This document shows, in pieces, positions 28,568 through 40,672 of a DNA stretch of 64,000 nucleotides. A program made the translations under genes and the position numbers. This stretch comes from Eledone cirrhosa (taxonomy: Eukaryota), in assembly GCA_964016885.1 (NCBI GenBank), contig OZ024742.1, positions 199,392,001 to 199,456,000 of the forward strand, given 5' to 3'. Below the pieces are notes generated by a model. It did not search any database. It saw nothing but the letters and a program-made list of their open reading frames with translations, and was not told the DNA's origin. How positions within the stretch are numbered: the first letter of the stretch is position 1; each line of letters opens with the position of its first letter.

Positions 28568-28639
28568 AGGGGACACCCGGGATTGAACCAGGGACCTCTC
28601 GATCTGCAGTCGAATGCTCTACCACTGAGCTATATCCCC
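28568..28639 (-). tRNA. tRNA-Cys(GCA) copy 21
   Basis: Same sequence as copy 1. Confidence 0.96.
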
Positions 28640-29985
28640 AGGTGAATGAAATGTTGTGGGAGTTTTCGCTATATCTCATTCAAACGCCAACTCTCTTAAA
28701 CAGCTACTGACACACACACACCACACTGTCGTCCAGTCAGTCTTACTTGCTGCATTGCCAAACTGACGGAATCCTGTGTTGTAGAAACACTCTGCAACTT
28801 CTGCAATTCTCACGGTCATATCCGTCTCTTGCAATTTGGATTTAGCTCCAGCTGCCGTGATCAACTCATCGAGTTTCTTGAAGGCATCACCCGGATCACT
28901 GATGGCGGCTCATGAGTGGATGGTGTTTTCCTTGACTTTGCTAAAGCTTTTAGTCTGTTCCACACAAAACACTTATGGTAAAACTCTCTGCAAAGGGGTG
29001 AAAAGATTATCTTTTTAACTGGTTGAAGTTCTTCATTCTCAGTTAAAAAGAGGTAGTCGCGGTGCTCGGACAGCATGCTTCGCCCTTTGAGATGTCATCT
29101 GATGTACAGCAGAGATCTGTTGTTGGTTCCCTTTGGTTTGTTGTATATATTAATGTCATAGATGTCAACTTCAAGAATGGTACAATGATGAAATACGCAG
29201 ATGAGATCAAGCTGTATCTCGAGATAAAAAGGGCAGATTCTGAACACTATAGATCTTTCTTGTAACCAGACCTGGACACAATGCAGCAATGGATCACGGA
29301 CTGGCAACTCAAGCTGGCTTTGGACACGTGTACCACCATGCATTTTGGGAGGAAAACCCAAAGTTCGCATACTCCCTCCACAACACTAATATCAAGAAAT
29401 GTTCTTGTGAACGTGACCTGGGCTTTATGTCGGCAGCGGTTTGCGTTGGACAAAGCACACCTTTAAAATTGTCAAGAAGGCCGAGAGCGTCTTGGCGTCA
29501 CTCAGTAAGACCTTTGTCAGTCGCTCTCCAGCTATTTATTTAAAGCTGTATATAGCTATGATGCGGCCACATTTAGAATTTGAAACTCCAGTCTGGAACC
29601 CCTATCCTGCTCAGAACATTGAGCTCCTGGAAACTGTTCTAAGACGTGCAATCAAGCGAATACCTTTCACCAGGCATCTACCATACTCTGAACGCTTGGT
29701 TCCCTGGGTATGTAAACTGTTTTGATAAACACCCACAAAATTATTAACCATCTTTCCAACATCAACCTGGAGCACCTTTTTGAATTCCATGTGTCTAACA
29801 CACGTGGTAGCCAAAAAAAAAAAAAAAAAAATTATTTTGGATTAATGAAAATTATTGCGTAAAGTATGTGCTCTAGGTGAGGATTGAAATCGCGACCTTC
29901 AGATTTCTCTGATTTCAGATTGCATTATGAGACTGACGTACTACCTACTGCAATACCAATGCAACTGAAATAAAATAAAATAGAA

Positions 29986-30057
29986 AGGGGACACCCGGGA
30001 TTGAACCAGGGACCTCTCGATCTGCAGTCGAATGCTCTACCACTGAGCTATATCCCC
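29986..30057 (-). tRNA. tRNA-Cys(GCA) copy 22
   Basis: Same sequence as copy 1. Confidence 0.96.
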
Positions 30058-31404
30058 AGGCGAATGAATTATTGTGGAAGTTTTCACTATATCTCATTCA
30101 AACGCCAACTCTCTTAAACAGCTACTGACACACACACACCACACTGTCGTCTAGTCAGTCTTACTTGCTGCATTGCCAATCTGACGGAATCCTGTGTTAT
30201 AGAAACACTCTGCAACTTCTGCAATTCTCACAGCCATATACGTCTCTTGCAAATATGATTTAACTCCTGCTGCTGTGATCAACTCATCGAGTTTCTTGAA
30301 GGCATCACCCGGATCACTGATCGCGGCTCATGAGTGGATGTTTTTTTCCTTGACCTTGCTAAAGCTTTTAATTCTGTTCCACACAAAAATAATTATGGTA
30401 AAACTCTCTGAAAAAATGGGTGAAGAGATGATCTTTTTAACTGGTTGAAGTTCTTCTTTCTCAGTTAAAAAGAGGCAGTCGCGGTGCTAGGACAGCATGC
30501 TTCACCCTATGAGATGTCATCTGGTGTACAGCAGAGATCTGTTGTTGGTCCACTTTGGTTTGTTGTATATATTAATGACATCGATGTCAACTTCCTGAAT
30601 GCTACAATGATGAAATACGCAGATGACATCAAGCTGTATCTTGAGATAAAAAGGGCAGAACCTGAACACTATAGACCTTTCCTGTAATCAGACCTGGACA
30701 CAATGCAGCAATGGATCACGGACTGACAACTCAAGCTGGCTGTGGACAAGTGTACCACCATGCATTTTGGGAGGAAAACCCAACGTTCGCATACTCCCTC
30801 CACAACACTAATATCAAGAAGTGTTCTTGTGAATGTGACCTGGGCATTACTGTCGGCAGCGGTTGGCGTTAGACAAAGCACTCCTCTAAAACTGTCAAGA
30901 AGGCCGAGAGTGTGTTGGCGTCACTCAGTAAGACCTTTGTCAGTCGCTCTCCAGCTATTTATTTAAAGCTGTATATAGCTATGATGCGGCCACACTTAGA
31001 ATTTGCGACACCAGTCTGGAACCCCTATCCTGCTCAGAACATTGACCTCCTGGAAACTGTTCTAAGACGTGCAATCAAGCGAACACCCTCCATCAGGCAT
31101 CTACCATACTCTGAACGCTTGGTTCCCTGGGCATATCAACTGACTTGATAAACACCCACAAATTTATTAACCATCTTTCCAACATCAACCTGGAGCACCT
31201 TTTTGAATTCCATGTGTCTAACACACGTGGTAGCCAAAAAAAAAAAAAGATTATTTTGGACTAATGAAAATTATTGCGTAAAGTATGTGCTCTAGGTGAG
31301 GATTGAAATCACGACCTTCAGATTTCTCTGATTTCAGATTGTATTATGAGACTGACGTACTGCCTACTGCAATACCAATGCAAATGAAATAAAATAAAAT
31401 AGAA

Positions 31405-31476
31405 AGGGGACACCCGGGATTGAACCAGGGACCTCTCGATCTGCAGTCGAATGCTCTACCACTGAGCTATATCCCC
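31405..31476 (-). tRNA. tRNA-Cys(GCA) copy 23
   Basis: Same sequence as copy 1. Confidence 0.96.
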
Positions 31477-32819
31477 AGGTGAATGAAGTGTTGTGGGAGT
31501 TTTCGCTATATCTCATTCAAACGCCAACTCTCTTAAACAGCTACTGACACACACACACCACACTGTCGTCCAGTCAGTCTGACTTGCTGCATTGCCAAAC
31601 TGACGGAATCCTGTGTTATAGAAACACTCTGCAACTTCTGCAATTCTCACAGCCATATACGTCTCTTGCAATTTGGATTTAAGTCCAGCTGCTGTGATCA
31701 ACTCATCGAGTTTCTTGAAGGCATCACCCGGATCACTGATGGCGGCTCATGAGTGGATGGTGTTTTCCTTGACTTTACTAAAGCCTTTAATTCTGTTCCA
31801 CACAAAACACTTATGGTAAAACTCTCTGCAAAGGGGTGAAGAGATGATCTTTTTAACTGGTTGAAGTTCTTCATTCTCAGTTAAAACAAGGTAGTCGCGG
31901 TGCTAGGACAGCATGCTTCGCACTATGAGATGTCATCTGGTGTACAGCAGAGATCTGTTGTTGGTTCCCATTGGTTTGTTGTATATATTAATGACATCGA
32001 TGTCAACTTCAAGAATGCTACAATGATGTAATACGCAGATGACATCAAGCTGTATCTTGAGATAAAAAGGGTAGAACCTGAACACAATAGATGTTTCCTG
32101 TAATCAGACCTGGACAGAATGCAGCAATGGATCACGGACTGGCAACTCAAGCTGGCTGTGGACAAGTGTACCACCATGCATTTTGGGAGGAAAACCCAAA
32201 GATCGCATACTCCCTCCACAACACTAATATCAAGAAATGTTCTTGTGAACGTGACCTGGGCATTACTGTCGGCAGCGGTTGGCGTTAGACAAAGCACTCC
32301 TCTAAAACTGTCAAGAAGGCCGAGAGTGTGTTGGCGTCACTCAGTAAGACCTTTGTCAGTCTCTCTCCAGCTATTTATTTAAAGCTGTATATAGCTATGA
32401 TGCGGCCGCACTTAGAATTTGCAACACCAGTCTGGAACCCCTATCCTGCTCAGTACATTGACCTCCTGGAAACTGTTCTAAGACGTGCAATCAAGCGAAT
32501 ACCTTTCACCAGGCATCTACCATACTCTGAACGCTTGGTTCCCTGGGCTTGTAAACTGTCTTGATAAACACCCACAAAATTATTAACCATCTTTCCAACA
32601 TCAACCTGGAGCACCTTTTTGAATTCCATGTGTCTAACACACGTGGTAGCCAAAAAAAAAAAATATTATTTTGGATTAATGAAAATTATTGCGTAAAGTA
32701 TGTGCTCTAGGTGAGGATTGAAATCGCGACCTTCAGATTTCTCTGATTTCAGATTGTATTATGAGACTGACGTACTGCCTACTGCAATACCAATGCAACT
32801 GAAATAAAATAAAATAGAA

Positions 32820-32891
32820 AGGGGACACCCGGGATTGAACCAGGAACCTCTCGATCTGCAGTCGAATGCTCTACCACTGAGCTATATCCCC
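32820..32891 (-). tRNA. tRNA-Cys(GCA) copy 24, C48>T variant
   Basis: Same substitution as copy 14. Confidence 0.92.
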
Positions 32892-34119
32892 AGGCGAATG
32901 AATTATTGTGGAAATTTTCACTATATCTCATTCAAACGCCAACTCTCTTAAACAGCTACTGACACACACACACCACACTGTGGTCTAGTCAGTCTTACTT
33001 GCTGCATTGCCAATCTGACGGAATCCTGTGTTATAGAAACACTCTGCAACTTCTGCAATTCTCACAGCCATATACGTCTCTTGCAATTATGATTTAACTC
33101 CTGCTGCTGTGATCAACTCATCGAGTTTCTTGAAGGCATCACCCGGATCACGGATGGCGGCTCATGAGTGGATGGTGTTTTCCTTGACTTTACTAAAGCT
33201 TTTAATTCTGTTCCACACAAAACACTTATGGTAAAACTCTCTGCAAAGGGGTGAAGAGATGATCTTTTTAACTGGTTGAAGTTCTTCATTCTCAGTTAAA
33301 ACAAGGTAGTCGCGGCGCTAGGACAGCATGCTTCGCCCAATGAGATGTCATCTGGTGTACAGCAGAGATCTGTTGTTGGTCCCGTTTGGTTTGTTGTATA
33401 TATTAATGACATCGATGTCAACTTCAAGAATACTACAATGATGAAATACGCAGATGACATCAAGCTGTATCTTGAGATAACAAGGGCAGAACCTGAACAC
33501 TATAGATCTTTCCTGTAATCAGACCTGGACAGAATGCAGCAATGGATCACGGACTGGCTACTCAAGCTGGCTGTGGACAAGTGTACCACCATGCATTTTG
33601 GGAGGAATACCGAACGTTCGCGTACTCCCTCCACAACACTAATATCAAGAAGTGTTCTTGTGAATGTGACCTGGGTATTACTGTCGGCAGCGGTTTGCGT
33701 CGGACAAAGCACACCTCTAAAATTGTCAAGAAGGCCGAGAGTGTCCTGGCGTCACTCAGTAAGACCTTTGTCAGTCGCTCTCCAGCTATTTATTTAAAGC
33801 TGTATATAGCTATGATGCGACCACACTTAGAACTTGCAACACCAGTCTGGAACCCCTATCCTGCTCAGAACATTGATCTCCCGGAAACTGTTCTAAGACG
33901 TGCAATGAAGCGAATACCCTCCATCAGACATCTACCATACTCTGAACGCTTGGTTCTCTTGGAATGTCAACTGACTTAATAAACACCCACAAATTTATTA
34001 ACCATCTTTCCAACATCAACCTGGAGCACCTTTTTGAATTCCATGTGTCTAACACACGTGGTAGCCAAAAAAAAAAAAAAAATTATTTTGAATTATTGAA
34101 AATTATTGCGTAAAGTATG

Positions 34120-34213
34120 TGCTCTAGGTGAGGATTGAACTCACGACCTTCAGATTTCTCTGATTTCAGATTTGATCATGAGACTGACGTACTACCTACT
34201 GTACTACCAATGC
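34120..34213 (-). pseudogene. Terminal intron-containing tRNA-Met(CAT); best-preserved copy
   Basis: Intact B box (GAGTTCAATCC), paired D stem GTAC/GTAC and T stem GTGAG/CTCAC. Still has an acceptor A3.A70 mismatch, and G at position 37. Confidence 0.8.
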
Positions 34214-34236
34214 AACTGAAATAAAATAAAATAGAA

Positions 34237-34308
34237 AGGGGACACCCGGGATTGAACCAGGGACCTCTCGATCTGCAGTCGAATGCACTATCACTGAGCT
34301 ATATCCCC
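34237..34308 (-). tRNA. tRNA-Cys(GCA) copy 25, probably pseudogenised
   Basis: D arm reads GCTCAGTGATAGTGC: loss of the invariant GG plus a D-stem mismatch. Confidence 0.8.
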
Positions 34309-34392
34309 AGGTGCTATAAATTTTGTGGAACTTCTCGCTATATCTCATTCAAATGCCAACTCTCTTAAACAGCTACTGACACTCACACATCA

Positions 34393-35333
34393 CACTGTCG
34401 TCCAGTCAGTCTTTCTTGCTGCATTGCCAAATGGACGGAATCCTGTGTTATAGAAACACTCTGGAACTTCTGCAATTCTCACAGCCTTACCCGTCTCTTT
34501 GGATTTAACTCCAGCTGCTGTGATCAACTCATCGAGTTTCATGAAGATATCACACGGATCACTGATGGCGGCTCTTGGGTGGATGTTGTTTACTTTCACT
34601 TTGCTAAAGCTTTTAATTCTGTACCACACAAAAGACTTATGGCAACACTCTCTGCAATTACAACACTAATAACAAGAAGTCTTCTTGTGAATGTGACCTG
34701 GGCATTACTGTCAGCAGCGATTTGCGTTGGATAAAGCACATGGAAGAATGCCGAGGGTATTATGGAATCACTCAGCAAGACCTTTGTCTGCCGCTCTCCA
34801 GCTATCTATTTGCAGCTGTATATAGCTATGAACATTGACCTCCTGGAAACTGTTCAGAGACGTGCAACCATGCCAATACCCTTCATTAGGCATCTACCAT
34901 ACCCTGAACGCCTTACTTCCCTGGGCTTGGATACATTGAAACTCTGACATCTGGCAACTGATTTAGTAAACACCCATAACATTATTAACCATCTTGCCAA
35001 CAACAACTCTGAGCACCTTTTTGTATTTCATGTGTCTAACATCCCAGAAAACAGCACAGCTCCCATGACATTTTTTCACGCTCAGAGTTGCTGAAGCATG
35101 GAACAAACTACCTGCATCAGTTATTAGCTGTCGAGACACTGCACTCTTTAAAACCTCAATGCTTCCCGAAATTCTCAACACTACACCTGATATTCCGCCT
35201 CCATACACACACACACATGTATATCATGACTCGTACACTGTTCACTTCCCTGACATTTGTACATATACATGTACTATACATGCACCTTTGATGAGTTGTA
35301 GTGCACCTGAGCACTGTACACAATAATTTCATT
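34393..35333 (+). mobile_element. Terminal copy of the array LINE with internal deletions but native 3' end/UTR
   Basis: Same 5' truncation as array units; lacks the YADD core; 3' part aligns with the independent copy at 38550-39121. Confidence 0.85.
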
Positions 35334-35735
35334 GCAGTATCGGTAGAGGGTCGGACGCCATGCTTTGACGCAAAGAGTTACGGCCCTTCCCATTCTGAGT
35401 TCAAATCCCGCCGAGGTTAACTTTGCCTTTTATCCTTACGGGGTCGATAAAATAAAGTACCAGTAATACACTGGGTAATTGCTGGTCTTGTGCCAAAAGT
35501 AGAAACTATTATTATTATTATTATTGTGGATTGTCAGTATCGGTAGAGCATCAGACACCATGCTTTGATGCATAGAGTTATGGCCCTTTACGCTCTGATT
35601 TTAAACCCCACAGGTTAGCTTTGCCTTTCATCCTTACGGGTTTGATAAAATAAGACACCAGTAACGTACTCGGTCGATTTAATCGATCTCCCCTCAAATG
35701 ACTGGTCTTGTGCCTATACTAGAAATCATTGTTAT
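35334..35735 (+). mobile_element. Two tandem degenerate tRNA-derived SINE copies
   Basis: Repeated cagtatcggtagag...gagttcaaatccc...ctttgcctttcatccttacgggg...ataaaataa; first copy ends in an (ATT)n tail. Confidence 0.7.
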
Positions 35736-37800
35736 AATACATATATTATGGTACTCACTAGTGGACCCAGGCTGCCAATAATGACGACAGTGGCATTGTA
35801 TGTATTTAATTTTTGGAGTCCAAAGTTCGATTCCCAGCAGTGTGTCGTGTCCTGCAGCAAGACACTCTATTACACTTTGCCCCAGTCCTCTCAGCTGTCC
35901 CCAAAAGAGCTTCTTCTTGTGAACTTGTACGTATGTGTGTATGTCAGTCTGTTTATGTGTGGGAGTATGCCTGTGTATCTATGCGTCCGCATGTCTGTGT
36001 GTATGTGTGTGTGTGCGAGCGCGCGCATGTTTGCATTTGTATATTATTGTATTACAAAATTATCGTTTACTTTAATGGCTTCTCTGCACAAAAGAGTGAC
36101 ACCCACACAAGCTGTATTTGTAATTGGAAAGGACCAGCATTATCACAGTGTGTCACGTCGAATCTCACTTAGAATTATGTTAAGTGTGCACATATTTGTG
36201 GAATGCTTGGCTACTTATTCACTAATTTTACCGACAGGCTAATCTGTTATTTGAACCAACAGGAACACCTGCTGTGGGGTCGATGACGGAAGTCTAACAA
36301 CATTGGTATAAAACGAAACTGTTTAGACTTGAAAATGGAATTCACGTCCTTACGATCCTGAGCCGAACACTCTAGCCACTAAGCCACTTCTAACCACTAA
36401 GTTACGTGCTTTCACAGCTTTACTATACCAATGGAATGGATCGCCGTCAGTTTCGACAATGAGTATTCTAGTTGTTCGATCAATGAAACAGCCTACTCAT
36501 GAAATTAATGTGTCAGGGACTGAGCATTCTGTAGACACGTGTACCCACAATGTAAATTCTCAGAGTGATTCAGCGTGATACTGTATGATAAGGCTGGCCT
36601 TTTAAATTACTGGTATAATCCATCTCACGGGCTTCTAAACAGTCTCTGTCTGCTCACTTTCATTCACAAAACATGGGTTAACTCAAGGCGATGGTAAATG
36701 ACATTTATCCAAGATGCCCCGCAGTGGGATCGAACCCGGGAACTAATGATTGTGTAGCGATCTTCTTAACCTATCGGCCATGTTGCGTTCGGTAATTTTT
36801 CTAGGTCGTCTCCGTTGATTTTTTTAACAAACCAGAAATAGTCGTTTAGTTTACATATTGAGACCCCGACCCACCCTATTTATTTTATAACGTATGGGAT
36901 TTCTAGTAATGCACTTTTTTTGTTATGTATAATGGTTTTTAATGTATAAAGAAAATTAATTGTCGTAAGATTGCTACCACTTAAAATAAGATTTCGCCGG
37001 AGATAGATTAGCAAAATGTAATAAATAGGTGGGGGGTGGGGTGAAGTGGAATAAATAAGTGGGGTGGTGGGGGATCTGAGAAATTAATAAGCTTGGGAGG
37101 TGGGGGTGGACGATTATTCGAGACTCGAGAGTACAAGATTGTTGAAGTGTTATTTTAGGATGACTGAGTTACCTCCCTTAGACTACGCTCCCCCCCCCCC
37201 TCCCCGCATTCTTCGCCCGTAACCGCCAGAACAATGTGTTCGTAAACTGCAGGGCCAGAGTAACCACTAAGATAAAATAGATAGCCGTCTATGGCATAGA
37301 CTTTATAGAGCCCTTACTGAACCTTAAATTGATTTATCCAAGTTTTATACAAATTTGTTGAATTAAATTATAATACATATATAATAATTTCCCACCATCA
37401 ATAAATAAATTAAAACATCTTTGCTGCATAGCAGTGTTGTGAAAATATCTAAAGTGATGGTGAGGGTTGTGTTGTGCTATGACTTGTCACATGATTTGGT
37501 GTGGGTGAGTGTGGACTGTGTAGTGGAAAATACAGGCTTAGTTTTTGGTTAGTGTGGTCAGAGCAAGAAATGTAAAAAATTAGGTTTATCAGCTTACCTA
37601 ACTGTCAGTCAAAATTATTTTATTTTGGAAAGGAAAATAGGACCCCTAACTGGGAAAAGAGGTTGCACATTTTAGAGCTAGTCGAGGTTGCTAAATATCC
37701 AGGTGCTGGCTCTGTATATATAAATTCTTTGGACATTTTTATAATATATATCAATAGCATTTTGATTTGTTTTCAAAGTATATGCAGGCGAGTGTATATA

Positions 37801-37881
37801 CAGGGTGTCCCCCCCCCAAATGTATACACGCTTTGATTAAAATGATGTAGAAGTGCATATACATTTTTGGGGGACACCCTG
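37801..37881. mobile_element. 81-bp Tc1/mariner-type MITE
   Basis: TIRs CAGGGTGTCCCCC..AAATGTATA / TATACATTTTTGGGGGACACCCTG, flanked by TA on both sides. Confidence 0.8.
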
Positions 37882-38549
37882 TATACACACACACATATAT
37901 ATATATATGTATACATACACTTAAGATCTATATATACATGTATGCAAATCAAAATGGATGCACTAAAAACCTGTTAGACCATTACTCACCAGAGTACTTG
38001 ATACTTGGGGTAGTAGAGTATGGTTATATGAAAATGTACGGCTGAGCTCTTGCTGTTTCAATAGCAAGTTCCAAACTGAATTGCCAGTGTTTTGGCAGTA
38101 GAAATAGCTGTCGTCACCGGGGGCTACAATGTCTAAATATGGGCATACACTTTATACCCAGTTGTGAAAAGTCTTTAAGAATACCACAATGCATTCTATC
38201 TGATGTTCTAATGACTCTGCCAATTTGCCACCTGCAAGAAATATAAGGAGACTTATATAAACAGGAAGAAATAAATAAATGATGAAGGCTGCAATAATCA
38301 AAGATAAAGAAATAGAAGCAGAAAAATCATCAGAAAAAAAATACGAGTAGAAAAAAATTCTAGTAAAAAAAAAAAAAAAATAATATGCTGGAAAAAAAAA
38401 CACAAACTATAGTATAACAAATGAGAGGAGAGGTAAGTTATCAAAAGGGACCCTTTTAGAAGGATAAAACAGTAAATAAATAAAAAAGTAAATAAATAGA
38501 TGAACTCCTTGACTGTTGTCATCCACCCACTACATGTGATAGCTTTGTA

Positions 38550-39121
38550 ATGTTCTCAAAATATTGATCTCCTGGGAACTGTTCAGAGATGTGCAACTAA
38601 GCGAAAACCCTCCATCAGGCATCTACCATACTCTGAATGCCTTGCTTCCTTGGGCATGAGTACATTAAAGTTCCAACGTCTGGCAACTGACTTGGTAAAC
38701 ACCTACAAAATTATTAACCATCTTGCCAACAACAACCCTGAGCACCTTTTTATATTCCATGTGTCTAACACCTGTGGACAGGCTTACAAAATCAGAAAAC
38801 AGCACAGCTCCCATGACTTTCGGAAACATTTTTCAAGCTCAGAGTTGCTGAAGCCTGGAACAAACTAGCTGCATCAGTTGTTAGCTGTCAGGACACGGCA
38901 TCCTTCAAAACCTCCATGCTTCCCGAAATTCGCCAACACTACACCTGATATTCCCCCTCCTTACACACACGTGTGTGGAGTGTGTGCATATCATGACTCA
39001 TACACTGTTCACTTTCCTGACATTTATACATTATTCTCTGTACTATACATGCACTTTTGATGAGTTGTAGTGCACCTGAACACTGTACACAATATTTTTC
39101 ATTATTATTATTATTATTATA
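38550..39121 (+). mobile_element. 3' end of the same CR1/L2-type LINE family with (ATT)n tail
   Basis: Aligns with array LINE 3' part (VQR.ATKR.PSIRHLPYSE), then 3' UTR and (ATT)n. Confidence 0.88.
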
Positions 39122-39217
39122 AAAGACGATCAGACATGTTTTCAGATTACCATATAACTAACTTTCCAGATTGTCTGACAGATAGCCAGCTAAGACTTCC
39201 AGACTGCCACACTGACA

Positions 39218-39375
39218 ATGCCACGCCTTGTATCTGCCCGGTCGGATGTCACAGATGCAGATATGGACAAAGAAGCTCTGAGAGAATTCAAAGAATTGAA
39301 AGAGCAATATTATTTAATGGAGAATGATCGAAATGACTCCACTGAGAAAACCCAGAAAGTTCTTCGGAAATTCAG
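39218..39375 (+). CDS. ODAD1: ODAD1/CCDC114/CCDC63-family outer dynein arm docking complex subunit, coding exon 1
   Basis: MPRLVSARSDVTDADMDKEALREFKELKEQYYLMENDRNDSTEKTQKVLRKF(R); donor AG|GTAAG, phase 2, compatible with the next exon. Confidence 0.82.
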
Positions 39376-39416
39376 GTAAGAAAAACCTCTTCTTTTCATA
39401 CAGCACACCTATATGT

Positions 39417-39468
<52 letters not shown>

Positions 39469-39604
39469 CCATTTAACATCTATTTTCTATGCTTGCATGG
39501 GTTAGGTGAGTTGTCACATTATGAGATGAGTCAGCTCAGTTGACCATGTCTTGCTTATATGAAACTGTTTCTGGATGCCTTTCCTAACACCAACTGCATT
39601 ACAG

Positions 39605-39606
<2 letters not shown>
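39417..39606 (-). mobile_element. 3' tail of RTE-type LINE/SINE with (GAT)n tail
   Basis: Reverse complement of the recurrent gttggtgttaggaaggcatccag motif, ending in (GAT)n. Confidence 0.65.
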
Positions 39607-39661
<55 letters not shown>

Positions 39662-39901
39662 AAATAAGATTTTGCTTCAAGCATAGCTTTATACAATATG
39701 TATAGAAATTTCGTATTTCTGAAGAAATACGGTTTTAGGAAGCCGTAGCTATGCAAACACCAGGGGGGGGGGGGGGGGGGGCTAACGCCCTCTGGTGGTG
39801 TCCACCAGCAGAAGCAAGGGGGACAACCGTCTATGTATTTCAGGCTTGACTGGCCTTTGTCAGGACGATCCCTTCCACCGTTTGCGACTGCTGGACTTGA
39901 G

Positions 39902-39959
<58 letters not shown>

Positions 39960-40097
39960 CAGTCGTTTTAACATCCGCTTTCCTTGTTTTATATATATAT
40001 CCGCTTTCCTTGTTTTATATATATATATATATCTATATGTGATTGATGGCTGAGAGAAAATAGTACTCAATACTGAAGTAGAGTTTTAATATTCATG

Positions 40098-40147
40098 TTC
40101 TGTCTGATGACCCTGTGATAAACAGGTGAAACTCCAGAGTAACAAGA
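40098..40147 (+). ncRNA. Type I hammerhead ribozyme motif (GUA triplet)
   Basis: TGT-CTGATGA-C CCTGT GATAA ACAGG T-GAAA-CTC CA GAG-TA|ACA; the 3' half is repeated at ~40400-40425. Confidence 0.75.
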
Positions 40148-40442
40148 CTCACTATTTAGCCTTAATAAAATGAATATATACATATGAGTCTCAGGTTCAA
40201 TTGGGTGTAACCACAGTTAGTAAGGTACTGAATACAGGATTTCTTTTGAATCTGTCCAGGGGGGGATTCTTGTACTCTGAGTCACTTAATGCTAAGGAGA
40301 CTGAGATAAGCACCAGCCTAATAATGAGCCTCTGGCTTGAGACAGACTTAAGACTTTTTAAAACCTACATACAATCTTGTTATATTATTTTGTAAATATA
40401 CAGGTGAAACTCCAGAGTAACAGGACATTGATTCAACCTTAA

Positions 40443-40638
40443 CCCTTTACCATTTACATTACTTTATATTTACTATTATATTTTTGTGGTAAAACTTTAT
40501 CTCACATAATACTGAATCTATGAGATTTTGATATTATTTATTTTGAGAACAATACTTTAACATCCGTGTTATGGTTGGTTTGAACAGAAAGAGGTGAGTG
40601 AATTCTGTCCATATACGGCCAGTTTAAATGCTAAAGTG
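40443..40638. mobile_element. piggyBac-type MITE
   Basis: TTAA on both sides; imperfect TIR CCCTTTACCATTTA / TAAATGCTAAAGTG; second copy at 59318-59524. Confidence 0.7.
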
Positions 40639-40672
40639 TTAATAAAATTATTAATCTCTATTATGTTGGTAT

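Larger units (their letters stand above)
1..35333. repeat. Tandem array of ~1.39-1.42 kb units (tRNA-Met pseudogene + tRNA-Cys + CR1/L2-type LINE fragment); 25 tRNA-bearing units, open at the left edge
   Basis: Near-identical sequence and ORF track recur every ~1395-1419 bp. The last unit (from ~34060) is divergent and runs into non-array sequence. Confidence 0.98.

Noticed and set aside
404-34308. Array as a CRISPR-like or retron-like (RT + ncRNA) system
   Set aside because: Spacers are not unique, there are no cas genes, and the RT is a dead eukaryotic LINE fragment on the strand opposite to the tRNAs.
30-34947. Dozens of recurring 60-200 aa ORFs on both strands in the array
   Set aside because: Plus-strand ones are frameshifted LINE RT pieces and minus-strand ones are their antisense shadows; no unit has an intact RT.
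37150-37310. Promoter or RFX X-box for the ciliary gene (palindrome GTCTATGGCATAGAC, C-rich patch)
   Set aside because: Poor match to the X-box consensus and no transcription start evidence from sequence alone.
39700-39745. Minus-strand hairpin GTATTTC-TTCA-GAAATAC followed by GAAA as a hammerhead
   Set aside because: No recognisable CUGANGA-type core or stem I.
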